Shown here: one piece after another, positions 62,920 through 64,000 of the stretch
How the letters are laid out: the number at the start of each line of letters is the position of its first letter
Position numbering within the stretch: position 1 is the first letter of the stretch
Virus record (IMG/VR): IMGVR_UViG_3300017778_007091
Location: 24,412-88,411 of that record
Length of the DNA: 64,000 nucleotides
Source: a virus
Lineage: Duplodnaviria > Caudoviricetes
Direction: 5' to 3' (one strand)
Notes under the pieces: generated by a model
Told to the model about the DNA's origin: nothing
Database searches by the model: none
The model's input: the letters and a program-made list of their open reading frames with translations, nothing else
Translations under genes and position numbers: made by a program

Positions 62920-64000
62920 TCAACCGTATGTGCTCATCTGGCCGAGGACTGTCCAGATTGAGCCCGACCTGATGAGGCTGAATCCGAAGACATCCTGCTG
63001 GTTTGCATTCCCAGTGGGTGTCGTCTTGTTCGCCCAGAGAATAGAACCTGATGTGCTATTGACCTGTATTCCATCAACAATTCTTGGAGTAGCGCTCTGT
63101 GAGAAGATAACTGTAGTCGTAATGACTCTATTGTTGTTAGTAGTTGGAACATTAGTAAAGTTGGCAAGAATATTTCCTGCTGGAGAATTGACATAGAAGA
63201 TGCTATTGTATGTTGTGTCAAATGTAACAGTTCCTGTTCCGCCTACAGAAGTCTGTAAACGCTCTACAGTAGAGCCTAACGAAGTTGAACCTGAAATAAC
63301 TAGACTTCCAGAGACTTCAGCATTTCCATTTTCTCCAACAGAGAACTGTTCTGCTCCTCCACCGTCCTGGACTATGAACTTATGACCCTCTGCGCTTTTG
63401 TCAATGTCGAGCTTTGCAATGATGTTTCCGCTGGAGATCAGCGTCATCACGTTTGCACTCGGAGAACCGGGCGCGCCGATGATATTGCCTGTTGTTATCG
63501 CAAGATCATTGTTCACGGTCGTGCGGCCTGTTGAAGCTCCGAAGCTCACAGATGTCGCTGCACCGCCGATATTCACAGTCGTTGCGACTGTGTTGTAGAG
63601 CGTTGCTGTCGTCTTTGTTGTTAATATGTCAGCCTGCGATGGTCCACCAATTGTGAGATTCTCGTCTATGAAGGTGAATGACCCTGTTAGATTACCAAGA
63701 ATTCTTGTTGATCCACCTGACTTTCCAATGCTAAGTGTGTTCGCTGTCTGAGCAAAGTTGACCGTTGTTGCCGATCCGGTGATCAGGTTAAATGTTGTCG
63801 CGGTGGTTGTAATATCACCACCACTCACTGCAAGATCTCCAGCGACAAAGATGCTTCCGGAAGTTAGGATGCTGCCTGAGACGAATAGGGCATTGTTCGC
63901 TACATCGCCCTGGAGCTGTAGTATTATTTGATTTCCTACGGTACCTGAGTGTTGTACCTCGAAGTAGCTTCCTGTCTTATGACCGTTGTTGTTGCCGCTG
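62920..64000 (-). CDS. Tail fibre-like protein (5'-truncated at the window edge)
   Basis: The frame of the track ORF stays open by hand translation to 63999 (SGNNNGHKTGSYF...LAVSGGDIT). T/G/S-rich beta repeats; C-terminal WAN..TPTG...QDVF.FSLIR.G..W.VLG domain. Confidence 0.75.
   Translation of the reverse strand, partial: SGNNNGHKTGSYFEVQHSGTVGNQIILQLQGDVANNALFVSGSILTSGSIFVAGDLAVSGGDITTTATTFNLITGSATTVNFAQTANTLSIGKSGGSTRILGNLTGSFTFIDENLTIGGPSQADILTTKTTATLYNTVATTVNIGGAATSVSFGASTGRTTVNNDLAITTGNIIGAPGSPSANVMTLISSGNIIAKLDIDKSAEGHKFIVQDGGGAEQFSVGENGNAEVSGSLVISGSTSLGSTVERLQTSVGGTGTVTFDTTYNSIFYVNSPAGNILANFTNVPTTNNNRVITTTVIFSQSATPRIVDGIQVNSTSGSILWANKTTPTGNANQQDVFGFSLIRSGSIWTVLGQMSTYG

Noticed and set aside
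1575-63598. All plus-strand ORFs in the track
   Set aside because: Each lies antisense to a well-supported minus-strand gene, is short and has no motif; the minus strand is already tiled almost without gaps.
1-64000. Stop-codon reassignment (alternative genetic code)
   Set aside because: Conserved genes (MCP, portal, TerL, gmd, fcl) are uninterrupted in code 11, and TAA, TAG and TGA all occur as terminal stops.
1-64000. tRNA/rRNA genes, introns/inteins, IS elements or integrase
   Set aside because: Intergenic gaps are too short and show no cloverleaf; TerL, primase and MCP have no homing-endonuclease or intein motifs; no transposase or integrase motifs were seen by eye.

Overview
A 64-kb segment of a large, contractile-tailed (myovirus-type) dsDNA phage with distantly T4-like head, neck and baseplate proteins. 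Every credible gene is on the minus strand, in standard code 11. In transcription order (right to left) the window holds: a partial tail fibre; a LamG lectin-like gene; a phage-encoded Flp (type IVb/Tad) pilin; a tightly coupled 14-gene, ~13-kb glycan island; a sigma-like factor and a possible TerS; about 25 kb of baseplate/tail genes; RuvC-like resolvase, primase and a fused Mre11-Rad50; then TerL, portal, prohead protease, scaffold and major capsid protein; a Pol-beta-type nucleotidyltransferase with a head-targeting-like propeptide; small head proteins, neck proteins and the 5' part of the tail sheath. The glycan island has 9 glycosyltransferase genes (including adjacent GT11 and GT6), gmd, fcl, two methyltransferases and a Cas4-like nuclease. 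The strongest candidates for new biology are (i) pilin + lectin + autonomous fucosyl/blood-group-like glycosylation machinery, together with a strongly enriched [S/T]-G-S motif in tail proteins that could be the acceptor sequon, and (ii) a probably virion-packaged nucleotidyltransferase. All family calls come from motif recognition by eye; no database searches were run.
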